Shown: positions 9,399 to 19,589, counted from the first letter of the stretch. The stretch is DNA of 64,000 nucleotides from Candidatus Eiseniibacteriota bacterium (GCA_963792585.1 CAWBWI010000001.1:1440001-1504000); one strand, 5' to 3'. Made by a program: numbers and translations. The notes: generated from the sequence alone by a model not told the origin.

Positions 9399-9922
9399 AG
9401 GAGCGCGTGCACCGGTTGGGCATCGAGGAGGCGCAGGGCGAGACCCGGGCGATCTTCGACACCTACCAGCGAGAGCGGGGCAATGTCCCGAACATGTTCC
9501 GCACGATGGCCCATCGGCCCGAGATCCTGCAGTCGATGATCCGACATTTCCGCGCCGTGATGGAGCCGGGCACCGTGGGAGTTCGACTGAAGGAACTCCT
9601 CGCCGTCGCCGTCTCGGGTATCAATGGCTGCGCCTACTGACTGGCCTCCCACACCGTCCTGGCAGGACGGGCAGGTGCATCGCCGGACGAGGTCGCGGCC
9701 GCACGCGACGGGCACTACGAGGGTTTCGGCGACGCGGAGCGTCTCGCCTTGCGGCATGCCGCGGCGATGACGCGGGATCCGCACGCGATCACCGACGACG
9801 ATTTCGCCGCACTGCGAGCGCATTTCGATGAAGGACAGATCGTGGAGATCTCCGCGGTCGCGGGCCTCTTCAACTATTTCAACCGCTTCAACGACGCCCT
9901 GCGGGTTCCTCCGACGAAGTAG
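9395..9922 (+). CDS. AhpD/carboxymuconolactone decarboxylase-family peroxidase-like selenoprotein (CxxU; UGA at 9638-9640)
   Basis: KELLAVAVSGINGCAY-TGA-LASHT...FDEGQIVEISAVAGLFNYFNRFNDAL; frame stays open to TAG at 9920-9922; UGA occupies the second Cys position of CxxC. Confidence 0.85.
9654..9670 (+). promoter_or_regulatory. Putative bacterial SECIS hairpin
   Basis: CCGTCCT-GGC-AGGACGG stem-loop starting 13 nt after the in-frame UGA, with G in the apical loop. Confidence 0.6.
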
Positions 9923-11232
9923 AAGACGTAGAGGGCTGTCACGAGGACCGCATTCCCGGTGGCGACGACGAACTCACGAAGCGCAATGGCGCGCCCGGTG
10001 TCGGGGCGGATGACTCCCGAGAGCCCTCCCCCGCCCCAGAGCAGTGCGCGATCGATCGCCCAGTCGTGGGTGGCCATGTTGACGAACGTCACGACCGCGA
10101 CACCCACGGCGAACCAGACCCATCTCTTTCCCCCACCCATCAGCAAAATCGAGAGCGGAATCAGGGCAAAGAGGTGGTTCTCGTGCATGTGGGTCATCCA
10201 GAAGAAGAAGCTGAACGCGATGCCGGCTGCACCCAGATACCAGACGCCGTCGGCCTCGGCCGGACGCGCCTTCTCCATCTTCCATGCCAGTACCGCCATC
10301 CACGCAAATGCAGTGCCGAAGAGGATCATCCCGACCATCGTCGGCGTGATGGGCCCCGCGAGCGGACGGTGCACGTCCCTCCAGGGAGCGAGCATCCACC
10401 AGAGATTGTGGGCATTGATCGAGGTGTACGGCATCAGGTCGACATCCCCGACGAGCCGGCGGAAGAGGAGCCCGACCCTGCCGGTCAGCAAAAACGGCGC
10501 GAGGACCACCAGACCGCTCGCCAGCCCTACGACCCCCCCCGTCACGAGACGCCGCCAGCCGAACCGCGCGAGGATCGCCAAGGCGATCCAGGGGAGAAAC
10601 GGCGCGGCCAGCGGCTTCATGAGGCATGCCAGCGCGGCCGCAGCCATTCCCAGGTGAGGCCGTCCCCGCAAGACCATCGTCAGCGAAAGGAGGATGAAAA
10701 AGACATGCACCGCGTCGGGCTGCCCCCAATAACCGGAGTCGAAAAGGACCCCGGGGTGGAAGAGGTAGACGAGCGCGGGCGCCCAACCGACCCAGGTGGG
10801 GCGATCCCCCCAGAGCCGCAGACGCGTGACGATCCAAGCGAGCAGGAGCGCGGTTAGAACGTCGAACAGCAGCGGGGGAATCTTCACGAGCAGCGTGAAG
10901 AGGCGTGAGGACTCCAGGTGAAGCCCGACCTCCGGGTCGACCCACGCGGCGATCCGTCCCGCGGGCGCCAGCAGGTATGCATAGAGCGGCGGGTAGTCGT
11001 AGCGCGCCTCGACGGAATCGATCGTCGTCGGGCCTGCGCCGGCGGGAGCAGGAGCGTCATAGACGGTATGAATACCGCGGACGCCGGCCACGAGAGCCCA
11101 GAGCTTGTAGGTGGACAGGTCGGGCGGAAATCCGGGAAGGACGCCCAGAGTGATCCGCACCGCCGCCAGGCCGATCAACAGCCAGGGCAGCCAGGTAGGT
11201 CTCCGATCCGGCTTTGTCGAGGTTGCGCTCAA
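9874..11232 (-). CDS. GT-C-fold integral membrane glycosyltransferase (mannosyltransferase/GT87-like)
   Basis: DYPPLYAYLL, FDSGYWGQPD, LMKP, THMHENHLF; about 10 TM helices; TTG start after GGAG. Confidence 0.75.
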   Translation of the reverse strand: MSATSTKPDRRPTWLPWLLIGLAAVRITLGVLPGFPPDLSTYKLWALVAGVRGIHTVYDAPAPAGAGPTTIDSVEARYDYPPLYAYLLAPAGRIAAWVDPEVGLHLESSRLFTLLVKIPPLLFDVLTALLLAWIVTRLRLWGDRPTWVGWAPALVYLFHPGVLFDSGYWGQPDAVHVFFILLSLTMVLRGRPHLGMAAAALACLMKPLAAPFLPWIALAILARFGWRRLVTGGVVGLASGLVVLAPFLLTGRVGLLFRRLVGDVDLMPYTSINAHNLWWMLAPWRDVHRPLAGPITPTMVGMILFGTAFAWMAVLAWKMEKARPAEADGVWYLGAAGIAFSFFFWMTHMHENHLFALIPLSILLMGGGKRWVWFAVGVAVVTFVNMATHDWAIDRALLWGGGGLSGVIRPDTGRAIALREFVVATGNAVLVTALYVFYFVGGTRRASLKRLK

Positions 11233-11339
11233 ATTCTCCCTGCTCCGCGCGGCGCGCCGGGGGGAGGTTATCACGCGTCGCTGGGTCTTGCAGCATGCCG
11301 CCGTGCGAGATCGTGGGTTTGAAAGGCTGCGACACGTCA

Positions 11340-13586
11340 TCAACGAAGGACGATGACTCGAGTCCTCCCGACGCGGTCGTGTGTCCTCAGGTGTGCGTGG
11401 TACACGCCATTGGCCACCGGTCTTCCGCCGCCGTCACGACCATCCCAATCGATGAACGATCCACCGCGCCGGCCCGCGACCCCTGTTATCCTGCGAATGC
11501 AGCGACCGGCCTCATCGTGAATGCTGAGAGACACGATCTCGTCCAACCCGAGACCTGATTCAAACCGAATTGGGCCTGAGGAGGGATTGGGGCGGGCCGA
11601 CAGGGCGATATCGTTGCCGGCGGGGACAATCTCCGGATCCCCGATCCCCGAGGGCGGCGACGGACAATGCAATGCTGCTACGGATAGGTAGGGTTGGTCC
11701 GCCAGGTAGACGTAGCCACCGGCGATGTCGATTCCCTGGCCACCGCCCATCGTCAACAACTCGCCGACGATCCGCGGGGACTCCGGTTCTCCTACATCGA
11801 CGATGTGAAGGCCGGCTGCCCGGTTGCTCGCGACATAGACGTAGTCTCCGTCGACGGCGAGCCGCATTCCGTAGACTCTTAGTTGGATGAATCCCACAAT
11901 GTGTGCCTGATTCGGCGACGTGACGTCGACATCGAAGAACCCGTTGTTCTTCCCGCTCACGTAAGCGTGATCTCCCTGAACCTTGACGGCGTAGGCTCCG
12001 CCGTCGATCGGAACGGTACGGATGACAGCCGGTGCCTCCGGAGTGGAGACATCAACGATGACCAGCCCCGTCGTTTCGTCCGTTACATAGACATAGGAAC
12101 CGGATGCGTCGACGCGCCGGGCGCTCTGTCCCGGTGAGGTTCGTACCGTCGCTACAACGGTAGGGTGCAGGGGATCGGCGACGTCGATGACGAAGAGGTC
12201 CGACCCCGCGACATACGCGTACGCCCCTTCCACGTCCAAATCCCAGGCGGGACCATTCACGCTTACGGTCGCCAAGAGCTCCGGATCCTCTGGATTCGCA
12301 ATGCGCGTAATCGAGACGCCGCCACCCCAGTTGGCGGTATAGGCGAAATCGCCGCGTACCTCGACCCCCTCGATGACGCCCGGAGGGTCGACGGTCGACA
12401 GCCCGCGCGGGTTCAGAGGATCGGAGATGTCGTAGATTCTGAGACCTTGGTTCATGCAGGCGATGTAGGCGATCGTGTCCTGTACTGCTACATCCACTGC
12501 GTCAATGGAATCGACAATTGCAAGGGGCACCACCATGCTCGGTTCGTTGGCGAGGTCGAAACACTCGAGGCTGTATTGATCGGCGACGTAGGCCATGGAC
12601 CCCTGAATCGCCAGATTCCAGCAGGTCCACGGGGTAGCATGGTCGCCAATGATCACGGGAGATGATGGGTCGGAGACATCCGCAATCGTAATGCCATGCG
12701 CACCGTCGGCAATGCAGGCGAACCTCCCATAGAGTGCGACGCCATTGGGGCTGCCAGGGGTGGCTATCGATCCAATCGATTCGAGCGGCATCCCTGGGCG
12801 GCTCCAGACGACTTGCAGGCCTCCTGGCCCGTCGCCAACGTAAACGACGTCACCGTCGACGGCCACTCCTTGAGCATAACCTGGTAGACTGAGCACTCCG
12901 TCTGCACCCGGATCGAATGGGTCCGTCAAGTCGACGCGCATGAGGCCCCTATCCTCGATCGCGAGATACGCTGAATTGCCGGAGACGGCGATATCCCAGA
13001 CCCAGCTCGGTGTCGTCAGCGCTGCGACGACTTCCGGAGCGACCGGGAGGGACACGTCGACAACCTCCAACCTCGAGGAGGCGAAGTAGGGTAAGCGCGC
13101 CTCGCCGACGTAGACCGCACTACCGGAGACTGCGACGGAGAATGCGGGGAGACTTGTCTGGAGCCCGGAGATGAGGACAGGGTTGCGCGGGTCCTTGATG
13201 TTGATGATCTGGAGTCCCCCGAACAGATCGGCAACAAAGGCGTGCCCGTCCTCGACCGCCACATCGGTTGCCGAACCCGGGGTATCCGCACGGCCCACGC
13301 GGACAGGGTGCCGAGGGTCCGAGATGTCGATGACATAGAGCCCCGAATCGGAGGCTGCCGCGTACACATAGTCCCCCCCCACCACCACTCCCATGATTCC
13401 TCCGGGATCAGGAATGCTGGCGATCCAATGGAGGTGATCGCTGTAGTCGCGACATTCGCCCTGAGCCGGCGTGGCCCATGTCAGAAACGACACAAGAAGA
13501 GCCGGTCCTAACATCAATGCGAAGTTCGGGCCCGGCTCCAAACGAAGTCCTCTAGATCTGTGGAAAAGGGCTAATTGGTGTGTCAA
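11340..13586 (-). CDS. LVIVD-repeat beta-propeller protein with C-terminal FlgD-Ig/T9SS-like domain
   Basis: Many 'GL.I.D.SDP..P' repeats; C-terminal PNPSSG...IHDEAGRCIR...WDGRDGGGRPVANGVY; start uncertain. Confidence 0.85.
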   Translation of the reverse strand: MTHQLALFHRSRGLRLEPGPNFALMLGPALLVSFLTWATPAQGECRDYSDHLHWIASIPDPGGIMGVVVGGDYVYAAASDSGLYVIDISDPRHPVRVGRADTPGSATDVAVEDGHAFVADLFGGLQIINIKDPRNPVLISGLQTSLPAFSVAVSGSAVYVGEARLPYFASSRLEVVDVSLPVAPEVVAALTTPSWVWDIAVSGNSAYLAIEDRGLMRVDLTDPFDPGADGVLSLPGYAQGVAVDGDVVYVGDGPGGLQVVWSRPGMPLESIGSIATPGSPNGVALYGRFACIADGAHGITIADVSDPSSPVIIGDHATPWTCWNLAIQGSMAYVADQYSLECFDLANEPSMVVPLAIVDSIDAVDVAVQDTIAYIACMNQGLRIYDISDPLNPRGLSTVDPPGVIEGVEVRGDFAYTANWGGGVSITRIANPEDPELLATVSVNGPAWDLDVEGAYAYVAGSDLFVIDVADPLHPTVVATVRTSPGQSARRVDASGSYVYVTDETTGLVIVDVSTPEAPAVIRTVPIDGGAYAVKVQGDHAYVSGKNNGFFDVDVTSPNQAHIVGFIQLRVYGMRLAVDGDYVYVASNRAAGLHIVDVGEPESPRIVGELLTMGGGQGIDIAGGYVYLADQPYLSVAALHCPSPPSGIGDPEIVPAGNDIALSARPNPSSGPIRFESGLGLDEIVSLSIHDEAGRCIRRITGVAGRRGGSFIDWDGRDGGGRPVANGVYHAHLRTHDRVGRTRVIVLR

Positions 13587-15055
13587 GGGATCCTCACGAT
13601 CCGGAGCGGAGCAGCGTCCGCCTTCTCTAGTTTCAGAAAGTAAACGCCCGGTGAGAGGTCTCCGCCGATCCTCGACCCTTCGTAGTGACCGACGATTCGG
13701 CCACCGACATCGAAGAGGACGACCGGCTCCTTTTCGTGGCCTGGGAGCGTTGTGATCGACCGAAACGGATTCGGCCGGACATTTGGTCGCATCGTTGATC
13801 CCGCAAGAGGGAAATCCGGAACCATGGCAGACCCCAGAGTGCCGTCGGGCCCCGTCTTGATGATGTAGTTCGAGTCACCGGGCCCTCCGGAAGAGGAAAA
13901 TCCGCCTACGATGTACCCATGATCCCGTGTCTGCATCACCCCATACCCAACGTCCGTGTATCCTCCACCAGCTCCATACCGCCGCCTCCATGAAATCACG
14001 CCGTCTGGGTCCGTCTTCATGATATAGAGGTCGGATCGCGCGCCGTTCTCATTCATCCCACCGGTGAGGATAAGTCCCCCGTCACCCGCGGCCCTACATC
14101 CGTAAACCGGTTGCGTCAGTGGGTCCATCAGGATGCGGTCCCACAAGACATCTCCCGTCCGGGAGATCGCCACGAGATGGGGCCAGCTGTGGGCGGGCGG
14201 ATCGTCCGATGTACTACCAACCAGCACGTACCCGGTGGGCGTACGCTCGATCGATACCAACCGATCGGGGCCATCGCCACCATAATAGCGCGCACGATAC
14301 GGCAGGCCCGTCGAGTCCAGCCAAGCGACGAAGAACTGCTGTTGGAGCGAGCCCCCGACGTTCGCGTGGCCGGCGAAGACGAGGCCTCCATCCACTGATT
14401 CGATTACCCGGAAGCCCACCCCCTCGAATGTAAACACGAAGCTCCGCTTCCACAGCACATCTCCATCCGCGGCGATCTTCAGCAGGATGGCCTTCGAGTA
14501 TGCCGGGTAGTCCTCCCCCAAGTAGCCCGTGAGAAGAAAACCGCCGTCAAGGATCGGAGTCACCGAGGTCGCAAAGCCGGAGTCATCGCCTCCGTACGTC
14601 CGCTCCCAGAGCAGATTGCCGAGCGGATCGGTCCGGATCAGGAGCATGACCTCGTGGTCGGCCTCGAGTCGCCGATAGCCGCACATGACGAAACCGCGCT
14701 CCGTCAGGGTTTCCCGAACGCAGTAGACCCCGTCGGCAACTTCCGCCCCGTGGGTCCGGAACCAGAGGAGTTGGCCCCGGTAATCGATCTTCATGATGAA
14801 AGGGTTGTCGAAATCCGGAGAGCCGGGCCCGTACGAATTCGTATTCCCCACGGCGACGTACGCCAGATCCCCCGAGGGTTGGATGATGTCCTGGATCCTC
14901 TCGTTGTAGTCGCCACCGTACCGACGCTCCCATGTGATCTGGGCCAGAACGGGCCGCGGCCATGTCACAACGACCAGCAGCAGCGCGAGGTTTGCGAGAT
15001 TCTTGAGGAGCCGACCGGTGGGGTGCGTGGGGCGAGAATCGGCGTGCGGCCACAT
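13583..15055 (-). CDS. Secreted beta-propeller protein (WxRxYGG repeats) with short T9SS-like C-terminal domain
   Basis: Repeated 'KTDxxG.LLW.RTYGG'; C-terminal PNPFR...FDVGGRIV...LSPGVYFL. Confidence 0.75.
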   Translation of the reverse strand: MWPHADSRPTHPTGRLLKNLANLALLLVVVTWPRPVLAQITWERRYGGDYNERIQDIIQPSGDLAYVAVGNTNSYGPGSPDFDNPFIMKIDYRGQLLWFRTHGAEVADGVYCVRETLTERGFVMCGYRRLEADHEVMLLIRTDPLGNLLWERTYGGDDSGFATSVTPILDGGFLLTGYLGEDYPAYSKAILLKIAADGDVLWKRSFVFTFEGVGFRVIESVDGGLVFAGHANVGGSLQQQFFVAWLDSTGLPYRARYYGGDGPDRLVSIERTPTGYVLVGSTSDDPPAHSWPHLVAISRTGDVLWDRILMDPLTQPVYGCRAAGDGGLILTGGMNENGARSDLYIMKTDPDGVISWRRRYGAGGGYTDVGYGVMQTRDHGYIVGGFSSSGGPGDSNYIIKTGPDGTLGSAMVPDFPLAGSTMRPNVRPNPFRSITTLPGHEKEPVVLFDVGGRIVGHYEGSRIGGDLSPGVYFLKLEKADAAPLRIVRIP

Positions 15056-15181
15056 CTGAACATACCTCCGGGAGAATACGAATCGATGTCGGGAGGATCA
15101 CCAGATTTCTCGCCGGTAAGTATACGCTCTCGAGCCGCGGGGTCAAACAGCCCCCGCGTCGCCCGGGAGATCGCCCCGGCT

Positions 15182-16729
15182 TCAGCTCTTGCAGTAGGGA
15201 GACTGGGTGCGGTCCTGGTGGACGCCGTCCCCGGCGGCGACCAGGGGGCGCTTCGCCTCCGCCGTGCGCCCGGCGGCCGAACCACGCCTGTAATTGAAGA
15301 GGAAGTGCTTCAAGGTCGTGGTGAAGTCCTTCACCGTGAACCTATAAGCGACGCACCGCTTCAAGTAGTAGCCGTCCACGATATCGCCGATCCATCGATA
15401 GAGGGCGTTCGGCTTCGTTTCCATGAACGGCCGCAGCACCGGATAGAGCCAGGGATAGTGGGCGAGAAGGCTGAAGAAACAGCGAAGGTTGAGAATTCTG
15501 TTCTTGTCCTTCGGCTCGTCGAAACGCAGAACGGAGTCGTGATAGTAGTTGCTGTTGAGTCGGTCGAAGTCGCCGTCGAAATAGCCGTTGTCGATCGCAT
15601 AGCGGGTCATCTCGAGCTTGGGATACGGGGCGAAGATCGAGGCGTTGGCGATATTGGGTTTGATCTTCATGTTGACTCGCAGGGTGCGCATCGCGGTCTC
15701 GAAGGTCTCGCCCGGGCAGCCGATCACGTTCTCGGTCAGCAGCTTCACCTTGTGCTTGCGATACAGCCTGGCTGTCTCGATCATCGACTCTTCGCTCATC
15801 TTCCGCTTCATGACGACGTTTCGGATGTGCTCGTCCCCCGACTCGACTCCGGCATAGACGAGTGATAGCCCCGCCTCGGCGAGCGCCTCGACCATCTCGG
15901 CATCCACGTTGTCGAACCGTGTGTTGAAGCTGAATGGGATCCGACAGCGTTTCGCATAGATGCCCGCAAACTCCATCGTCCACCTGCGATGGAGCGTGAA
16001 TACGTCGTCCACGAAGGCGACCATCCGGACCGGCACCCTCTCTCGCAGATCCAGAATTTCATCGCAGATCGAATCGGGGGTACGGGAACTGAAGACCTTC
16101 AGATCCCCTGCTTGCTGCCGGTAGAGCTGATTGTAGCTTTCGTTGAAGCAGTAGGTGCATTTGTACGGACAGCCGCGATGGGCCATGAAGTGTTTGATGC
16201 CGTGGTCGCGGAGGATCGGGTACTGGTCGTAATAGAGGTCGCGCGCCGGGTACGGGAGATCGTCGAGGTGACGGTTACGCGGGAGGACGGGGTTGTTGAA
16301 GACCTTCCCGTCCCGCTTGACGGTGAAGTTCGGGATGTCGATCGGCAATCGCTTTCCGCCCGCATCGAAGGCATCCGCGAAACGGAGGGATGACTCCTCC
16401 CCTTCGCCGAGGCAGACCGCGTCGGCGAAGTCGAGTTCGACCATCTCGGGGAAGAAAGTGGGGTGTGGCCCTCCCCAGATGGTCGGCAAGCCGAGACGGG
16501 CCTTCAGGAGGCGGGCGAAGGCGTAGTAGCCCTGGTGGCTGCCGGAAATGACGCTGAAGGCGGCCGCGTCGGCCCCGAAGGCCTTGATTCGGTCGATCGT
16601 TTCATCGGGCCGATCCCCGATAACGAACAGGGCGGACTCGTGGCCCCCGCGGCGCAACATGGCCGCGATCCCCGTGTTGCCCAAGGGAATAGAGAAGCGG
16701 ATCACGTCTTCTACGAAGGCGATGCGCAT
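15182..16729 (-). CDS. B12-binding domain radical SAM protein
   Basis: WGGPHPTF, GEGE, RGCPYKCTYC, FVDDVF, GVESG. Confidence 0.92.
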   Translation of the reverse strand: MRIAFVEDVIRFSIPLGNTGIAAMLRRGGHESALFVIGDRPDETIDRIKAFGADAAAFSVISGSHQGYYAFARLLKARLGLPTIWGGPHPTFFPEMVELDFADAVCLGEGEESSLRFADAFDAGGKRLPIDIPNFTVKRDGKVFNNPVLPRNRHLDDLPYPARDLYYDQYPILRDHGIKHFMAHRGCPYKCTYCFNESYNQLYRQQAGDLKVFSSRTPDSICDEILDLRERVPVRMVAFVDDVFTLHRRWTMEFAGIYAKRCRIPFSFNTRFDNVDAEMVEALAEAGLSLVYAGVESGDEHIRNVVMKRKMSEESMIETARLYRKHKVKLLTENVIGCPGETFETAMRTLRVNMKIKPNIANASIFAPYPKLEMTRYAIDNGYFDGDFDRLNSNYYHDSVLRFDEPKDKNRILNLRCFFSLLAHYPWLYPVLRPFMETKPNALYRWIGDIVDGYYLKRCVAYRFTVKDFTTTLKHFLFNYRRGSAAGRTAEAKRPLVAAGDGVHQDRTQSPYCKS

Positions 16730-16857
16730 CGTTCCTGCTCCTCGTTCCGGCCGTCAATATCGACTAATCATGATACCAGATCGGCCGATGGGAAGCGACT
16801 CTGGGGAGGGACGCCCCTAGACACTACCGGGGCGGAACCCGGGCAGGGCCAGACCGC

Positions 16858-18660
16858 TCAGCGCCGACCTTCGTAGAGCGCGGCGATCCGCTCGGCGTTC
16901 TGGGATTCCAGCGCGCTGCGGCGGACCTTCAGCGTCGGCGTGAGGGTGCCAGCCTCCACGCTCGGCGGCGTGTCGAGGAGATCGAAGTTGCGGATGCGCT
17001 CGTGCGGCGCCAGATCCGATGTCAGCCGGCGGACCTCCGTGCGCAACAGAGCCCTGATGTCGGTTCGCCGTCGCGGATCGAGCGCGTCCTCTCCCAGGTG
17101 GGACACGACCGCATCGCGCTCCACCACGAGCAGGGCGACGAGGAATGGCCGGCGGTCCCCGAAGACGACCGCCTCCTGGATGAAGGGACTCGCTCGGAGT
17201 CGATCTTCGATAGGTTGCGGGGAGATGTTCTTGCCGCCCGAGGTGACGATGATGTCCTTCTTGCGTCCGGAGATCGCGATCCGTCCGCCGGCATCGAGGC
17301 TTCCAAGGTCGCCGGTGTGAAGCCAACCTCCCTGGAGTGCGGCCCGCGTGTCCGCGTCGTTGTTCCAGTAACCGGCCATCACGCCCGGACTCTGCACGAG
17401 GATCTCCCCCTCCTCGGAAATTCGCGCCTCCACGCCGACCAGAGGCGAACCGACCGTGCCGGGTGCCCAGGATGAGAATGTGTTGACCGAGACGACCGGA
17501 CCGGCCTCGGTGAGGCCATAGCCCTCGAGCATCGTGATCCCCGCGCCCGTGAAGAAGAGCGTTTCCTGAATCGCCAGGGGCGCGCTGCCGGATACGACGA
17601 AGCGGATCTGCCCCCCGAAGCGCTCACGAAGCGCCTGGAAGAAGAGTCGATCCCAGAGCAGGTCGAGACCGCGCGGGGGACGCGGAACGCCTCCGGGACC
17701 GATCAAACCCGCGGGACCTTTGCGGCCGCGTCGCACGGCGGCGGCCTCGGCGAACCGGAAGAGCGTGGAGGCGATGACGCCCTTCGCGCGCGCAGCGCTG
17801 CGCATCCCAGCCAGGATGTTCTCGAAGAGGCGCGGCACGGCAAGCAGAAAGGTCGGGCGCACGAGGGCCGCATCGCGGGCGAGGGCTTCGATCCCCCGCG
17901 CGTAGGCGATGCTGACTCCCGCGGCGAGCATCGTATAGGTCGCCGTCCTCTCGAGTGTGTGCGCGAGGGGGAGGATCGACAGATGCCGGTCGCCGGGACC
18001 GAAGGGAAGGGTGGCCTGGATCGAGCGCGCATTGGAGATCAGGCTTGCGTGCGTCTGCACGACGCCCTTGGGGGTGCTGCTCGTCCCGGAGGTGTAGTGA
18101 ATCGTCGCCGGCTCCTCGGGGGCGAGCCCTTCCCGAATCACCCGAAGGGCGGTCCGCTCACCCTCGTCGATCGCGGGGCCTTCGAGGATCTCGCGAAGGG
18201 AGCGCACATCGACCGGAAGGTCGTCGCGGCGCGTGGAGTCCAGCACGTACAGGGCGGGAATGGAGCGGGCGGCCGGCCCGCTCGCCAGCAGACGGATCGC
18301 CTGCTCCGGCCGTGCGACGATCGCGGCCCGGGGAGTCGCATCTTCAACGGGATGGGTCAACTGGCCGCTTGGCAGGTTCGGGTAGACCGGCACGGTCCAG
18401 GCCCCGCAGGAGAGAATCGCCAGATCGCAGATGAGCCACTCGTACCGCGTCTCCATCATGAGGAAAACCCGGTCGCCGCGCCGCACGCCCGATGCCCGGA
18501 GGGCCGCCGCGACCCTCTCGATTCCCCCCCACCACTCGCGCGCGGTCACGGGGCGGAAGCCGTCCTCCCACGGAACCAGGAATGCGACGGCGCCGAGCCT
18601 GGACTCGACGGAACGCCACGCGAGTTCCGGGAGATTCGGCGCGCCGAAGGTGTCGGTCAT
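16858..18660 (-). CDS. Long-chain fatty acid-CoA ligase (AMP-binding)
   Basis: YTSGTSSTPKG, LPLAHTLER, EGYGLTE, WLHTGDLG, GRKKDIIVTSGGKNISPQ. Confidence 0.92.
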   Translation of the reverse strand: MTDTFGAPNLPELAWRSVESRLGAVAFLVPWEDGFRPVTAREWWGGIERVAAALRASGVRRGDRVFLMMETRYEWLICDLAILSCGAWTVPVYPNLPSGQLTHPVEDATPRAAIVARPEQAIRLLASGPAARSIPALYVLDSTRRDDLPVDVRSLREILEGPAIDEGERTALRVIREGLAPEEPATIHYTSGTSSTPKGVVQTHASLISNARSIQATLPFGPGDRHLSILPLAHTLERTATYTMLAAGVSIAYARGIEALARDAALVRPTFLLAVPRLFENILAGMRSAARAKGVIASTLFRFAEAAAVRRGRKGPAGLIGPGGVPRPPRGLDLLWDRLFFQALRERFGGQIRFVVSGSAPLAIQETLFFTGAGITMLEGYGLTEAGPVVSVNTFSSWAPGTVGSPLVGVEARISEEGEILVQSPGVMAGYWNNDADTRAALQGGWLHTGDLGSLDAGGRIAISGRKKDIIVTSGGKNISPQPIEDRLRASPFIQEAVVFGDRRPFLVALLVVERDAVVSHLGEDALDPRRRTDIRALLRTEVRRLTSDLAPHERIRNFDLLDTPPSVEAGTLTPTLKVRRSALESQNAERIAALYEGRR

Positions 18661-19589
18661 GGAATGGCCCGCGCGATGCGCTCTCGAAGCTCGGATGGGC
18701 CGCCCGCCATCACGATGAACGGATCCTCGGACCGCGTGGCGGCGACGACCAGAGACGTCTCTCTCCCGAGTTCCACCTGGACGCTCTGCAAGACGCGATC
18801 GATCCTACCGTAGAGGCGGGGTGCGCTCGAACGGAGACGGCGCAAGAAGAAGAGGCGCTCGGTCTCTTGCGCTTCAAGGGCGGAAACGCGCGTGGACTCC
18901 TCGGCGGCGATGGCGGATGCGGTCCATGGGAGCAGATCGTCCTCGTAGGCGCTGGCGAGCGCGAGCCTCAGGAACAGACGTTCCGGGCGCCGGTCGCGGC
19001 CGTAGTAGATCGCGGTATTCGCGAAGAGGCGATCGACCGCGTACGCGTGGCGGATCTTCCATAGCGGGTGCCCGGACGTCGCGGGCATCGCCGCGAGGGT
19101 GTGGGTTTGGAGATCCGTGAGGCTCGCGAATTCGAGGACCTCTTCCCAACGCAGGGCCTCGTCCAGACCGGCGATGTGACGGAAGTCGGAGATCGCGGCC
19201 TCGCCCTGCCACGCGGCGAGCATCTCGGGGGACGGGGCGCCGTCGGAGTCCTCCCATTCGGCATCCCCGAGCAACTCGGAGGAGATCGTGAGCACCCTCT
19301 CGCCCGCCGCCGGGCGCCCTTGCCAACCGATGTCGATCACGTGGCCGCGGGCATCGTCTCGGAGATCAACGCGGATCGAGTCGATCCTCGCCGCTGCGGC
19401 TGAATCGATCGGGAGCAGATCCCCGCGCCTCGAAGTCGTGGCCAGCCACGGCAGGAGTCCTTCGTTGATGAGGCGCCGGACGGTCGAGGCGCGCGCACCG
19501 GGAAGCTCGATCCAGACCAGCGTTCCCGCAATCGCCGGCGCCGCCGCCGCGAGGAGCAGGAACAACAGGATCGTGGTCTTCGCCGTCAT
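18657..19589 (-). CDS. Secreted hypothetical protein, degenerate alkaline phosphatase/phosphodiesterase-like
   Basis: Signal peptide; LVWIELPGA...LINEGLLPWLA and YGRIDRVL...TSLVVAA resemble this fold. Confidence 0.55.
   Translation of the reverse strand: MTAKTTILLFLLLAAAAPAIAGTLVWIELPGARASTVRRLINEGLLPWLATTSRRGDLLPIDSAAAARIDSIRVDLRDDARGHVIDIGWQGRPAAGERVLTISSELLGDAEWEDSDGAPSPEMLAAWQGEAAISDFRHIAGLDEALRWEEVLEFASLTDLQTHTLAAMPATSGHPLWKIRHAYAVDRLFANTAIYYGRDRRPERLFLRLALASAYEDDLLPWTASAIAAEESTRVSALEAQETERLFFLRRLRSSAPRLYGRIDRVLQSVQVELGRETSLVVAATRSEDPFIVMAGGPSELRERIARAIP

Noticed and set aside
11700..15000. Repetitive appearance as a possible CRISPR or DNA tandem repeat
   Set aside because: The repeats are degenerate protein-level propeller blades; no identical spaced DNA repeats were seen.
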